The notes below the pieces were generated by a model that was given only the letters and a program-made list of their open reading frames with translations, had not been told where the DNA came from and ran no database searches. From the NCBI GenBank assembly GCA_000934665.2, contig KZ538708.1, positions 1-52,346 on the forward strand: a stretch of 52,346 nucleotides of DNA, in the 5' to 3' direction. The DNA is from Catajapyx aquilonaris. Its lineage: Eukaryota. Positions 11,444 to 24,732 of the stretch are shown piece by piece; the stretch's first letter is position 1; every line of letters begins with the position of its first letter. A program made the translations under genes and the position numbers.

Positions 11444-14400
11444 CTCTTTCCCTGGGGTGGCCTCCGCCCCCCGCCCCTCCCCCTCCCAGTCCCCGTCCCA
11501 TCCATTTTCACCTAATTCCAACCTTCCCATCAAACCCTCACCTCTTCAAACCTCTCCTGCGTACGTGCAAAGTGCGTCTGCTTTAGTGGAAATAAACACA
11601 ACCACCGGGCGCCAAGTCAGTTTGTGGATCACGATGGGCTGAAGCTAAAGGCAGTTGGGAACAAACATTTTTTATAGGCTTTCGGCAATCCTTTCGGCGA
11701 AGAAAAATCATGTATTATGACTCTGCGTCGTTGTCTGAAGACACTGCTGCTGCCCCTAATCATCGTGTATGTGCGTAAGTCACGATGTTTATCTCTGTCA
11801 AGGGCAATTTCTTGAATCTCTTCTGTTGAAAGGTCCATTTCGGTATAACGTTGATGTAAAATTCTTGTTTCGGGTGTGTATGTCTTTGTTATATAAAAAA
11901 AATGATAAATTTAAGCCACGAGGCTTCTTTCGGAACCAAAGGTATATTAATAGCGATGAATGTGGTGTAAGGATAAAAAAGTCAAAAGCAGTGGGCATCA
12001 GACCTTCGACGTGAACCATCACGCAGAGCTGTCTGACAATCACTCGGCTTACTCCAAAAAAGAATATTCAAGCGTTGTCATAAAAAATTGTGTCTCATAG
12101 TTGTGATGTATTGAAAAGGTCGAGGCCCCGCCCGACCCCTCCCCCCAAAAAATATCCTCAAAAATTCAGGCTCGAAAAAGACCCGACCGTGCCCAACAAA
12201 CCAACCGCACATCAGCCTTTCTGTTCTGCCGACGCAATAAAAATAACATCTAACACGTGAAATTTGTCACTTTTCCATATTCCTCATCATGAAATCAGGG
12301 TAAAATTTCAATGTTAATTTTTGCCCCCTCTTTCCTCCCCAATTTACCCCCACCTCCCCTCCCCTCATTGCCATCTGATCATTCAGGGGTTTCTCAGTAT
12401 GCGAAGTAGGAGGCCTCAAAAATAAAAACCACAAAAAATCAAAGGAAAAAAAAAGGAGGCTGTTATTCAGCCCCTTTATGGAAACTATTTTGTAGTAAAA
12501 ATCCAGCTTCCTCCTGTCATGATAGTTCCTTCATTTTTTCTCCGTCTCTCGAGTTAATCGTAGAGTCCGATCTCGAAGCAACGTTGGCTACTTCGGTAAT
12601 TTCCAAGCCTGAGACGCAAACGAAGCAATACGGGCATCATTGCTGCAGTTGACCACAATGGCGAATCGGAACATTTGTATACGGGTGCTTAAATGCGAAA
12701 ACACAATTTACAAAGAAGAATAAACGTGAAAGAGTCAAGCGATGGGAAGTCTTGTGGGTGGGGCGCGTGAACATATTTCAAATAGATATATATTATATAT
12801 ATAAAAATAATAACCCCACGATGGTTGTTCGGGTGGCAGGCAGGCGGGTCAGTTCAAATGGCACAGTTTTTCTTTTTTTTTTAAACAAAAGGGACTAAAC
12901 CACACCCCAAAAAAAGCCTATCGGGTCCCTGTTGGGCGCATATCACACGGGGGTCCTACTACAGAGTGCCGAGCCGACAGCCGCCTCTCCTCATATACCT
13001 CATTTACTTATTATTAATATTATTAACATTATTACAATTACTGTGTGTATAAGAAACGGCGGTTTAGCCCGAGCTATCAAGCTGAGCAGCCTGTGTCGTA
13101 TCAAAAAAAGTAACAGTAATGTTTAGATTTCCTCACCTTGAAAAACCCTCCCCCCCTCTAGAGGATAGTCGCTATTTGGTGTCGGTCATATTTCTTCCCT
13201 TCCTCTTTCGCTGTACAGTTTGCATGGTTCTCAAACGAGGAGACCCACTGCGGCATTATATTCAAGAGAGAAAAAAAAAAGAAATGGTAAAGTTGTTTTA
13301 TGTCGTACGTCCTCCAGTGGCAGGCAGAGTTGAGTGATCGTGACTATCACTACTGTTACATTCTTGTTTGATGGTTTTTGCCCTTTGTTGGGTGTTGCTA
13401 AAATGCAGATGGGATTAGAATGTGGTTGTGGGGTTCCCAGAACCGCATTTCTTGACGCTCATATTGGTGACATCGACTTCCATCGAAATGCCATATTGGC
13501 ACGTGGCCGGGCTCGAGCGTAGTCATTTTTCCAAGAAAAAAATCTGGTGATTTGCATGCAAAAGGCCAGAATTTTTGCACGTTTCACTATATTTTTTTTC
13601 TGTAGTACGCCTCAAGTTGGACACTACCAATACGACACTTCATTTATAGTGCCAAACGTTTAATCACGTGCATGATTGCTCTCTGCCTGCTGAATCTCAC
13701 CGAACTATTTTAGTTTTCAAAGGATTTTCTCCCACCCTACCCACCCCCTTTTGTCAACGGAGAAGGAATATAATACATTGTTGATTGAAGGGTCTCGGGT
13801 TTGGAATTGCATAGTCTTAGGCTAACTTTATTTTTGAGGGTCTGGCGCGTGAAGAGTGTGTGGTGAAGAAAAGTAAAACAATAAAAAATGCGAAAAACAC
13901 AAAAAAACCATATAGTGACACGGCCTCTAGGTTGGAAAATAAGCCCTGCAGTGCCTTTCCCCAGCATGACACAACGCTCGTGTTAACCACCAGACTCCGG
14001 GTATACACCCCATCATCACTCCTTCATTCATTGTTGCAGAGTAACATTTTAAATAAATAAAAGTGCGTGGGAGAGAATAGATCTGGTGGATGTGACACAC
14101 CAATTAAAACTTTCTTATCTGGTTGAGTTTGTTGTCAAAATGTTTCGCGGATTAAATTTGTGGCGTTTTGATGCTGGGGTTTGGTTCGTGCTTTACTAGT
14201 GATAACAGTCTGTGTTCAGATTAGTATTGTTATAGAAAGACGATTTCAACATTTAATTGTGTTTTTTGGACAAAAGGAGCAAAAATGTTTTCAGTCAGGG
14301 TCTTATAAACATTTAAAAAATTGGTTACGGGGCACTTGTCTATTTGGGTGTGACGTGTTGGATTTGCTGGTACGTATAGCCGACCTGGAAATTTTGGATA

Positions 14401-17400
14401 TGGAAAAAGATTTATTTATTTTCACGACGGCTGTTGGTCGCGTGAAATATTATCCTTGTGTTAGATATGAAATTCCAAATCGAGTCAAAATTTTGAAGAT
14501 GTTTGAGTTATTAGTATTTTTTGTTTGGAATGGTGTAGTCGGGTGGAGGCTAGGCCTGCATTAAAAAGAAGAGAGTATCGTATGTTGCATACATGCAGGC
14601 AGCTTGAGACCAAAAAAAGAAGAGATAGTAAAAGAAACGCGGCGCTTTGAGTTACTAAACCACGACTGCACGTCATGTGGGAGATGGAAGAAAACAAATG
14701 TTGATTTTCTTTGTTGAAATGGGTGAAAGAGGCAATGATGAAAAAGTAGAATTCCTATCTTGAGCTCTAAGATCATCGTTGATACAACCAGACCAAGTCG
14801 ATTCTTGTCAAGTTTATCTCGCAGAAGACTGAAAAGCTATAAATTAACTAGCCCCAATAATAACCTTAAAATAGTGTGTGATTTTTTGAATGTACAGTGA
14901 GGTATGAACGAGGTGTGTTATTTTTCACTAATGTTTGTTAGCATCATTTTACACGGAGATAAAAAACGTACCATAATGTTGAGTTTTTTTGCCACTTGTG
15001 TTTTAAAAATAATAGTATAATCGTTTGCAGTATTTTATGCGGGCACGTTCTTTTATTTAGTTACTATTTTGTTTGTGCAAAGGAGACTTGCATACATGTT
15101 CCTGTGGGCCCCCATGAGTATATATGTTTGATTGTTGTGTCGGGTGACGCCAATGGAGGCAATGCATGGATTGGCGCAGGAGGCCATATTCTTTCCGGGT
15201 CTGCTCAGGGATTGCTCTGTTTCGCAAAATACAACAGCTAGACTAATAATTCCGGGCTCAAGTTTTCGTCAAGAGGCGATGAGATCGAACATTGCTATCT
15301 TTTTGGGTGCAATATTATGTAGTGAATTTTTCCTCTATTTGGTCTCGGAGCGTCTGCTGACGTTAGGAACCGATGCCATGTTCGATCTCATAGCCGAATG
15401 AGTACGAGTTTTAACAAAAATCATGTTTCGACCTGGCGGCTTGCAGAACTCGATAGTTCCTAACCTCGGAAGCGTTGGTTCCGTAGGAGTTATCAAGCCG
15501 CACTTCCCGTCTTTCTGACGGGAAGGTCTAAAATTAGCGATTTTGAAAGATAAATCCGGTTTCGGCCCTTTTCTGTCACACACACCCTCTTTTTATTCCA
15601 TGTCTACATCACTCGTAGACTACGCGTTGCAAGAGAAAAGGGGCTGCTTTCACTTGCTTTTTCATTTTCCACATTCCTTACCACAAAACGCAGCCTTTGG
15701 CGTCCACTTTAGTTCTTAAAATAAACCTGAGAAGTAATATGTCGCCGTTCCTCTAGTTATGGTGGGAACAAATGGCGTCCCGTAGTTTGTAGACCGTTTG
15801 AATGAAATAAACGAAGGTGGTGCGGGAGTCGCGTCTTTAGTCGGTACAAAGTTGGGATCCCAGTGTTGTGTATTGTGTTAAAGAACCCGAATGTAAACGC
15901 CCCCCACCCACGCCCCCCTAAGCTTATACTATCCCGTCAACCGGTGAGGAAATCAAGAAAAAAAGAAAAGAAAGAAAAAAAACTCGAGTTTTTTGTATAA
16001 ATCCTGTACAAAATGGCTGTACAGAGAAAAAATGCTTTGTTGTTGGTGTACATAGGCTTGTAAAACTAATCACCGTCAAAGTTTTCTCAATTGTCCCACC
16101 AACCCATCATAGCCTACTTGCATACATCATAACACGTCACCACGAAAACCATCGGAATAGGCCTTTAAGATAGTGTACGTAGAGGTAACATGGTATATCC
16201 ATCCCACGAATATCTAAATGGATCTTCCTATTATAATATAGCCAACCCTCCTGCGCCAATCGATCATTTTCACCCAGCCCTTTCTTTTGTTTGAGCTCGT
16301 TTGTCGCTACAGCAGACACTCACCATTATTGCGTATTATTCAGAGTCTTTTTTGAGTTTGTCGACATTTTCTTTTTGGCAAAAGCTTGTCTAGTGTGTAA
16401 CCGCAGAGCAACCACACAGTGTCCTCAGTAACAACTGAAACCTTGAAACGATATCAGGTATGAAAGAACCTCAACATTACTTTTGAATAATTCACGTGTA
16501 CAAATATCATACCTTATTTCTCGACCTTCAAACACTTGGTTTCTAACTGGCAGTAGCCTAGTTGCTTTTTTGCTTTGAATCGGATTGTGATGTTGGTCAA
16601 ATTCATAACAATAAAAAGAAGAAAAAAACTCTCTGTGTGCGTTTTACCCAATGGTGTACAGGGTAAAATCAAAGGTAGTCGTTTCTAGGAGGTTACACTT
16701 TGGTCAACCAAAATGTGGTACTCGTAATTTTCAGGGTATGTGAAATGTAGACTATGTAAAACTAATGTTTTTATCAAAAAAGTCTCTTTCTCGTGTTACC
16801 GACGACCTCGCCCCCGGATACAAAATTTTGCTCTCGTGTCCACTTGCCAATCATTATTCAAATGTCTGGGGAAAGTCAGTCAATTCCAAGTCCATCAGGG
16901 AACTCCACCTCACCCCCCACGTGATGTGGAGGCCCCTAGTGGTGCGGTGGCCGTCGGAGAAATTCATGACGTGTCTCTTTTTCGGCTTTAATAAACAAAA
17001 AAAGTAAAAATAAAGTAAAGAAAAACATACCAGTGGAAAACAACTGGTTGGGAATGGTAAGAAGAAACGGCGGTTCCCTTCCGGTCTGTTGCACGCAGAC
17101 AAGTGCAATGCGTGGGGTTCAGGCGAAGATACAGTCGAGTGCACTCTGATGCAGCAGGTACCGCCTCCCAAAACGAGTGGCATGAGTATAGCACAAGACC
17201 ATCGTCGCCGCAACCCCGCGGTTTGGCCAATACAATGGGGATCCCGCAAGACGTAGAAGCAAGCTAACTTATTACACTTTGTTCCCGTTCATGTCACTGT
17301 TTATTTATTTGATCTTTGTACATGTAATGTACCAAATATGAATACGTAGAGCCGATTAAATGTATTTATGATGATTGTGAAACTTTGTTTTTATTAAAGG

Positions 17401-17420
17401 CTTCGTTTTATTAACGAAGA
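11444..17420 (+). other. Putative extended 3' UTR of the BCL11-like gene
   Basis: About 6 kb with no recognisable transposon, many U/A runs and TGTA words. It ends in a TGTA cluster plus ATTAAA (17355, 17393); AATAAA also occurs at 16990 and 17009. AT-rich, MITE-containing DNA follows. The 3' end is inferred. Confidence 0.55.
17393..17398 (+). terminator. Candidate distal polyadenylation signal ATTAAA
   Basis: Preceded by tgtacatgtaatgtacc (UGUA CFIm-type elements) and a U-rich tract; a second ATTAAA is at 17355-17360. Confidence 0.4.
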
Positions 17421-19037
17421 TGGATTATGGTTGTATCTCTCTGCAGCATCGGAATTCGTTCTACCCAAATCAGTCGAGGGAAAGGTAAGTTCCTCATCAT
17501 TCCCATATACCTTCTCTATTACCACCACGTCCTATCTCCTGGAAAAAAAAAAAAATGAAATCCATATCTGCCATCACAACCCTCCCAAAGTATTTTATTA
17601 CAGTGTCAGCGGAATACAACGCTCTCAACATTGGTACTACTTTTTTTCACTCTTGCAGTGGTAAAACTGTAAAATGACATGTTTCGGACCTTAGTAATCG
17701 ACGGAGGCAGTTCCATTTCATACCTGGACAATGTACGATGCTTTATTATACAAGTACATAACTATATGTACGTAAACATTGACCTCAAAAGTAGGCGAAC
17801 AACTCTTCTGAGTACACGGGAGTAAGACTTACACTAATTGACACCTTTGTACCACATCAAACGTTAGAAATATTGTGCAAATAGAATTTTTAGGGCTGTT
17901 AAGTAGGCATAATGATATCTATTTGAATAAATACACTGAAATGGCACTATGACACGGAATGTTCAGGGCTTTCCAGATGAAGTAAATAAAAGGTGTCATT
18001 AAGGCATCTTTCTACGGCCTGAAATTAAAACGACACAAATGAGAGCTCAGTTTTGTATTGCTCTAAGAAGGACTTTAAACCCCGTAAATAACTGAGCCAA
18101 GGAAATATTTTATTATTTTCATATGATTTAGATTTCTACTTGTTCCCCCTCTTAGGAGTTTGCTTACTGGGTTGAATTGACTCGTGTCTGCACCATGTTC
18201 CACAGGTGAAACAAAGATAGAATTTTGTTTTGCCCTTGAATTCGGAGGAAGTGAAGCTTTACACAGACAAATATGCTGAAAATCAATTAGCCCACCCATA
18301 TTCGGATTATTAAAAACAGGATGATAACATAAAAAGATTCTGGAACTATTCTAATTAGACAGAATTCACACCCCAGCTTTGAAAATATGTGAATGTTTTT
18401 TGCGCAAAAGCCATGATATGGAACCGTAAATAATCTATAAATAATGTAATGACCGCAATGGCATTAATTTTTCATACACAAGTGGCTCAAAGATATGGCG
18501 TAATTCAACTGAAGTGCTGAGCTCATTAATCAGTTACTCCTAGGAGAAAATAGTGTGAATAGCATGTTATGAGGTCCTGACATAATTATATCAGCATAAA
18601 TATTAGTCACAGTCGGTCGCAGTACTATTCTTGGCTGCTTTAATGTCCAAAGCATACATTATTAAAATAATAATAAAATGCTCCGGAAGGGATTAAAAGT
18701 GAAATTTTAAAAAGATCGTAGCCAGATATATCCTGGAGCGATGCAACCATCAGTACTGCGCCATGGAAAAGTCCACATTTAAAAAAAAGTCAAGGATTTG
18801 ATTAGCCATGGTCCGATGCTGCCAGTGATGATCAGCTGCTAAATCGGGTAAACCTGATTTTGGAATGTAAGATAGTGCAATTATTATTTTTAGTTTTGTA
18901 TTGCTGAAAAAAACTGCACAGGAAATGTGCAAAAAGATGTGCTATATTTAGAAGTTGCAGTCAAGATAATATGCTCTTCGAGAGGAAATATGCAATGATG
19001 ATGATTGCGTCCACTGAGGACGAATTATTTTAATGGG

Positions 19038-19356
19038 TTCGTCATCATCATTGGCTTTATTGATTTAATTTGGTCGGTCTGTAGCAACTGCCACTTTGCC
19101 GACCAAACACATTTCAACACATCAAAAAAAAAACATCATATCAAAAATAATTTCTTCAGATGTTAAAAAAAAATGTTATGATGATGCTTTTGGTGTGTTG
19201 AAATGATTGTGTAGAAGTGTGTAAAAGTGTTGAGATGTCTCGAAATTTATTTATTTTTGATATGTTTTTTGATATGTTTAAACGTGTTTGGTCGGCAAAG
19301 TGGCAGTTACTACAGACCGACCAAATGAAATAAATAAAGCCAATGATGAGGATGAA
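19038..19356. mobile_element. MITE with long TIRs and 9-bp TSD (Mutator/MULE-like)
   Basis: Left ttcgtcatcatcattggctttattgatttaatttggtcggtctgtagcaactgccactttgccgaccaaacac is the near-perfect reverse complement of the right end (>70 bp). The direct repeat TTTAATGGG flanks it at 19029-19037 and 19357-19365. Confidence 0.9.
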
Positions 19357-19870
19357 TTTAATGGGTTAAAATGCATTTTATCCTGAGAGTAGGCAACCAA
19401 CATTATTTTACTTCCATAATTATATAAAATACCATGAAAATTAGTCAATTATCATTGAAATGCATTTCCTCGAGAAAGCCATGAATAAAACCCAGCATCT
19501 CCTATCATCCATAAAGTGTAATTTTCAACCCGAAGAAATTGCCAATTCGCAAGTCTCAAGAAGTGTAAAGATTCCAGATTTGGTAGAGAAAAACCGTGCT
19601 TTACTTTCAAAACAGGTACTTAGCAATAATCTCCACTAAAATGGCAAGGAACTACGGGGAAACCTATTTTTAGGATACCGCTTTGTGCTACAACTTGAAA
19701 ATCATCTGCGGAAAGAGGGTTATAATCCCAAGGCTATTTATAAAATTACGAACAAGGGCACGGGGACGCAATCGGCTTATAAAGCATATACGCCTACTTC
19801 CCCAACTGAAAATGTTCATAATATATTTCAAATCACATTAGTTTCACGAAAATAGTTTGCAAGTTGTTAA

Positions 19871-21033
19871 AGGCCAATTCTGAAAATAAGAACTTTCAAG
19901 GTAATAAGAAATGCTAATGCAAAAACTTTGATGTCATTTAATATTTCTTGCTTGGCCAAGACGTGTGTCATATGTGAAGGTATTATTGGAAGTCAGACCT
20001 CGATTCATCAAAAGAGAAGAAAAAAAACAACAACAAGCACTCCATAGTATTCGAAATGTCTGCAACTTATAATTTGCAATTTTCTTAACGTATGTCAGTA
20101 ATCAAGGACAAGTGTTTAAAATAATTATAGCATAAACCGAGCTTCAAGAAAAGCTTGTTGGTAATCAACCCTAACCGTCAAGAATGTGTTCAAAAGTTGA
20201 GTAAAATCTGGAATTTAGATGTATGAAATATGACGATCATACCTAGATCAAAATTATAATAAAACAGGTTTTTCAGTTTAACATGTACTTTCGTCACAGA
20301 GATATCATTATAGAATTTTCAGATGTACCACAGGCACTTGACATCAATAACACACTAACAGGAAACACTGTTATCACAATAAAATAAAATAAATTTTTAT
20401 ACCTTTACTCCCTTTATCATTCTGCATTATTTACGTCACTTTTCACAGTAAGTACTGTATCTAACAATAAACAATAGTAGGCCTGTATACAAGTGAGTAA
20501 AAACGCCATACCTTTCCCGATAAAGAGTATAAAAATGTGGTTCTCGACTAAATTTATGAAATTATCAATTTAAATATTTCTTTTTAACATCACGTAACAC
20601 AAATGTATTGTATAGCCCCATTTTGAAGCCTCTCTTTACGCTTAAAATTTTGCTTAGTGATATATAAACCTGACAATTGATTTTATGCGACTCATTTTTG
20701 TGCAAAGGTGACGAACTTGGCCAAGAGCCTCGACACCGGAGGCAACGCTTCCCACTAAGTAACGTGTTTGGTTCTATAACATTTTAGTTGCGATTCCATG
20801 GCAGTTACGCAATGGACATGATTGTTATCTCCGATGTTCATCTCTATAGGGCCCTTATTAGTGGAGAGTAGGCATACTTCTAATGAGATCCAATCTAAAA
20901 GTAGAAATAACTTTTCTCGCGCTTGAGATACTGCACAGAAAATATTTTGGTGAAACAAAAATAAAAATATTTAAAGAAAATATATTAAACAGAAATAAAG
21001 AATTAATTGGCTATCTCCGCTTGGAATTGGCCT
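19871..21033. mobile_element. Possible non-autonomous TTAA-targeting (Kolobok-like) DNA transposon
   Basis: TTAA|AGGCCAATTC at 19867-19880 and GAATTGGCCTTAA at 21024-21036. The TIR is only 10 bp and the right TSD overlaps it by one base; there is no coding capacity. Confidence 0.4.
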
Positions 21034-21371
21034 TAAAACTGATTTAGCAGATTTGTCCATTTTCTGATGTAACACCATGTCTTCTTAATCGTATTAATTG
21101 TTAAGTACAAGGAGAGATGAGGGTTGCATTTTGCCAGGATATGCATTATATTTGTAACTAATTGTTATACATGTACATATATGTGTCATACAACACTGTC
21201 AGTTAACATACACATAGCAGCAGCTACAATAATTTCGAAAACCGCTAAAAGGAACTTTTGGAATTTAACTGCTTAAAATAATGACCCATTTTGGGATTTT
21301 TAGTTGGAAATCACTGTATACCTACACTTAAATACCTACACGTAGTATATGGGATAACGGATTTTGAGATA

Positions 21372-21804
21372 CACTGTACTCCCGATTATCCGGGTGCGAA
21401 TTATCCGTGCATCGCCAAAAAAATAAAATTTAAAATTAAAGTCCGAAAAATGTGCCGAATTTTCGCAGCATTGTCAGTGTCAACACTACTGGTATTACTA
21501 AGTTAGCAGTATCTAGTAGTGGGACGAAAATTCCGCACACTGTCAATACTGTATGTCTTGCCAACGAAGAAATACAGTATAATATAATTTCTAGAGGACA
21601 AAGCAAAAAAATATACGGTAAGTTTCATTATTTTGATTCAACCAAGCAGTATAATTATATACTCACTATAGAGTAGTGAATTAAAAACCCGCGAATAGCT
21701 CATTTTTACACTGAATATTTGGGACCATTTGCCGATTATCCGCTTTTTCCGATTATCCGGCGACACCCGTGCAGCCATTAGCCCGGATAATCGGGAGTAC
21801 AGTG
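21372..21804. mobile_element. Tc1/mariner-superfamily (pogo/Tigger-like) MITE
   Basis: Perfect 23-bp TIR CACTGTACTCCCGATTATCCGGG / CCCGGATAATCGGGAGTACAGTG with TA on both sides (21370-71, 21805-06); internal ATTATCCG subrepeats. Confidence 0.92.
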
Positions 21805-22765
21805 TACATGGAAAAATTAATAATTATAATTACAAAGGACCAGAAAAATCGAATTTTATATTTCAACCCACATGATACATGGACAGTTGTAAGATTACTT
21901 GTTCACTAGTGCATGTCATTAACTTATTTCTAAAAAGACAAAAAACTATCTTCCACAATGTCACCCCAGTTGGTGATAGGGTGACGTTTGGGCACACACA
22001 GTTCCAATATGCATATAACTGGAATAAAAAACCGGCCCCAGGTAAAGTAGGCTATCACAGAAACAACCATGAAAACGAGCGTCTTGGGAAAAATAACTGA
22101 TATCTTTTACACGTTCCTCGAACTGTTAAAGCACACATTTTGGCTGCCTGATGGAAGCACGACAAGATAACGGCGAATTATCGCAGAAACAAAAAGTGAC
22201 GCACCCATTGGCAAGACGTGGTAAGTGGTTAGGTGTTATGAGATATGTCACATCTTGACACAATCTGACATAAAGACAGGGCATTTCAAAAGGTGTTCAA
22301 CTTTGACCATTTCATGAAAAATAATATTTATTTGAAATAAATAGCATACGCGTTCCAAGTTTTTATTTACTTGTTGCATGTGGCTACCACAATTCACAAG
22401 GCATGTGACCACAGCAGTACGAAATTTCCTTCAAAACTCCTCTATATACAATTTCTATTTCATTGCAAAAACTACCTATAATAGTGTGGTTTTTCGTTAT
22501 AGTGCTTTCACGTACCCGCCATAGACAAAAGGCCAAGGGTGTCAATTCGGGTGACCTTTGAGGACAAGTAATGGCTCTTTTACATAAAATCCAAAATTAG
22601 AACCAATTCTTAAGCAGAATGGTGGCCGGTAGCCTACGTCTTTGTGATCGTGTGATAAAGGGCCCTATCTTGTGGAATAATGTTATCAAGCATTAATTTT
22701 TTTTTGCTTAATATGTGGACTCAGATAATATTCCAGCATGCAAAGGTAGTCACCACATTAGTATA

Positions 22766-23113
22766 TGGGTTCATTAAAAAAAGCCGACATCCTACATACA
22801 CACACATGTTTGCACACCATTAGATGTGGGGACATGGCTAACACAACTTTGAAACCTAGTTTATCCTAACATAAACTATGCTAACCTAACCTAACCTAAC
22901 ATACCTAACCTACCCTACCTTATAACTAACCTAGGCTGAGATAAATGGTTTTTAAACAGTGAGAGACCCAATTGTGGGGACATGTCCCCACTATGTATGT
23001 ACACAACAGGTGAAATCAATTGTGGGGACCAGAAATGTCCCCACAATTTGAAAATGTCCCCACAGTTAGATTTAAAAGTCCAATTTCCGTCCCCAGAGCT
23101 AATTGAAGACCCG
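22766..23113. mobile_element. Degenerate non-autonomous element with GTGGGGAC/GTCCCCAC subrepeats and an (AACCT)n tract
   Basis: TGTGGGGAC at 22825, 22973 and 23021; GTCCCCA(C) at about 22984, 23037, 23056 and 23089; ctaacctaacctaacc at about 22881-22932. The termini (tatgggttcatta / taattgaagacccgta) are only weakly inverted. Confidence 0.5.
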
Positions 23114-24507
23114 TACAGTATAGCGCGCTAGGCAGGAAATTTTGTCCAGTTGGTCTATACTTGCCATATATGACATGTGTCAGCAACCTGGGGCACCTGC
23201 AGATGAAAACTTGGGGTTATGTAGCCTAAGTATGCATTCTATTTCTCTCTCAAATAAATATATTTTTCATTTAAAAGTTAGTCATTTCAAAATTATTATA
23301 GCCTACCTACTCTTTGACAGCCCTGCTGTATTAGTGGCATTTCTTTATTGCACGAAACCACTATATACCTTTTTTGAAATATAGATCAACAACGATATAG
23401 CTGGTACCATTAATTCACGAGATGCGATTATGCAGTTTTAGCGTAAGCTTGTGCCCAAATTAAGTGGCACTTTTTAATTAAATAAAAAATTACGTAAATT
23501 TAAAATTGAGTAAAAACAGTCTTACCGAGCCTAACCACTGCACTGGCCTCGACAAAGTGACAAAACTGAGGAATATTTCGTCGCAAATTTTCATTTCATG
23601 CTACTGCAGAGTCTGTTCTGTCACATCAGGCATTACGTAAGTCTGCACTGTTTATGAAATTACTGATACACAATAGACAATAATAAGACGCTAAGTTTTC
23701 CAATAACTTACCATTTAGCTCACAAAATATAATTGTGAAAAATTAGAGATGAAATATTGCACACACAGTAAAGCTGTAATATGCCTTTTCCCTGGAAACC
23801 TACTTGCGTAATACTCTCTGCTACTCCTGTCGGTTTTCTCGGGCAACGCCTCTTTATAAGTTGACCATTCAGTGTCGACTATAGAGGACATTGGGATTGG
23901 CCCTGTTTGCCTGATTTGCTTCAAGAAATTTAATACCCACAGAAATTATGAATAATATTATATTATTTAAGCTTCAGAATTTATTAAAAATATCGTGCGG
24001 AAAGGGAAAAGAAAACCCAGGTTTATGGCAGTGCAGTGGCAGCATACGCAGTTATTTCCACCATTTTAAAACTAACGGACAGAGTTTGAAAGGAAAAAAG
24101 AAACTGCTACTGACACTTTATTACTGACAAACAGATCTTAACTGTTGTGTGCAGCTACCTCTATCTTCTTCAGATTCATTAGTTATCATAATGATAGTGA
24201 TATAATAACAACAATAAAATAGTATTATGTATGTTAACAGTAGGCCTACTGACATTTTTCGTCTTACCTTGTAACATGATCCAATTAAGTAACAGTATAC
24301 AACATTGTTGCTGCTTTTTATATTTTTTTTTCAAGTTGCATAATAGCTTTCTAAGAGGACAATATTATTGTCGCTTGGTCATAATCTACATTCCAAATAT
24401 AGGTTAATAATGCAACATGTTTCAACTTAAATATACGCGTGTATGGTCAGCAGTTTCGCCAAAATCTTCACATTATTAAGCAGTTACTTCTAGTGGTCAT
24501 GTAAATA

Positions 24508-24732
24508 CAGGGTATTCCAAATTCGTGGGTAATTTTTTTATAACTGATGTCGCCCGATGATAGTTATTTTTTATAGCTTGTTTTGCCCTAACCATGTGCC
24601 CCATTATTCCCAGGGGGTAGAATATAGCAGTTGCTATAGAATGGGGCACCTGATTCGGGGCGAAACAAGCTACAGAAAATAACTGCTATCAAGCGATATA
24701 TAAAAAATTACCCACGAATTTGGAACACCCTG
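24508..24732. mobile_element. Tc1/mariner-type MITE, almost wholly fold-back
   Basis: CAGGGTATTCCAAATTCGTGGGTAATTTTT / AAAAATTACCCACGAATTTGGAACACCCTG with TA flanks (24506-07, 24733-34). Degenerate inverted symmetry continues inward to gtgccccatt / aatggggcac. Confidence 0.92.

Noticed and set aside
22276..22440. CAGGGCATTTCAAAAGG Tc1-like start (and CACAGTTGGCCAAAAAG near 41558)
   Set aside because: No partner TIR, TSD or coding remnant was found, so the evidence is too weak to call.
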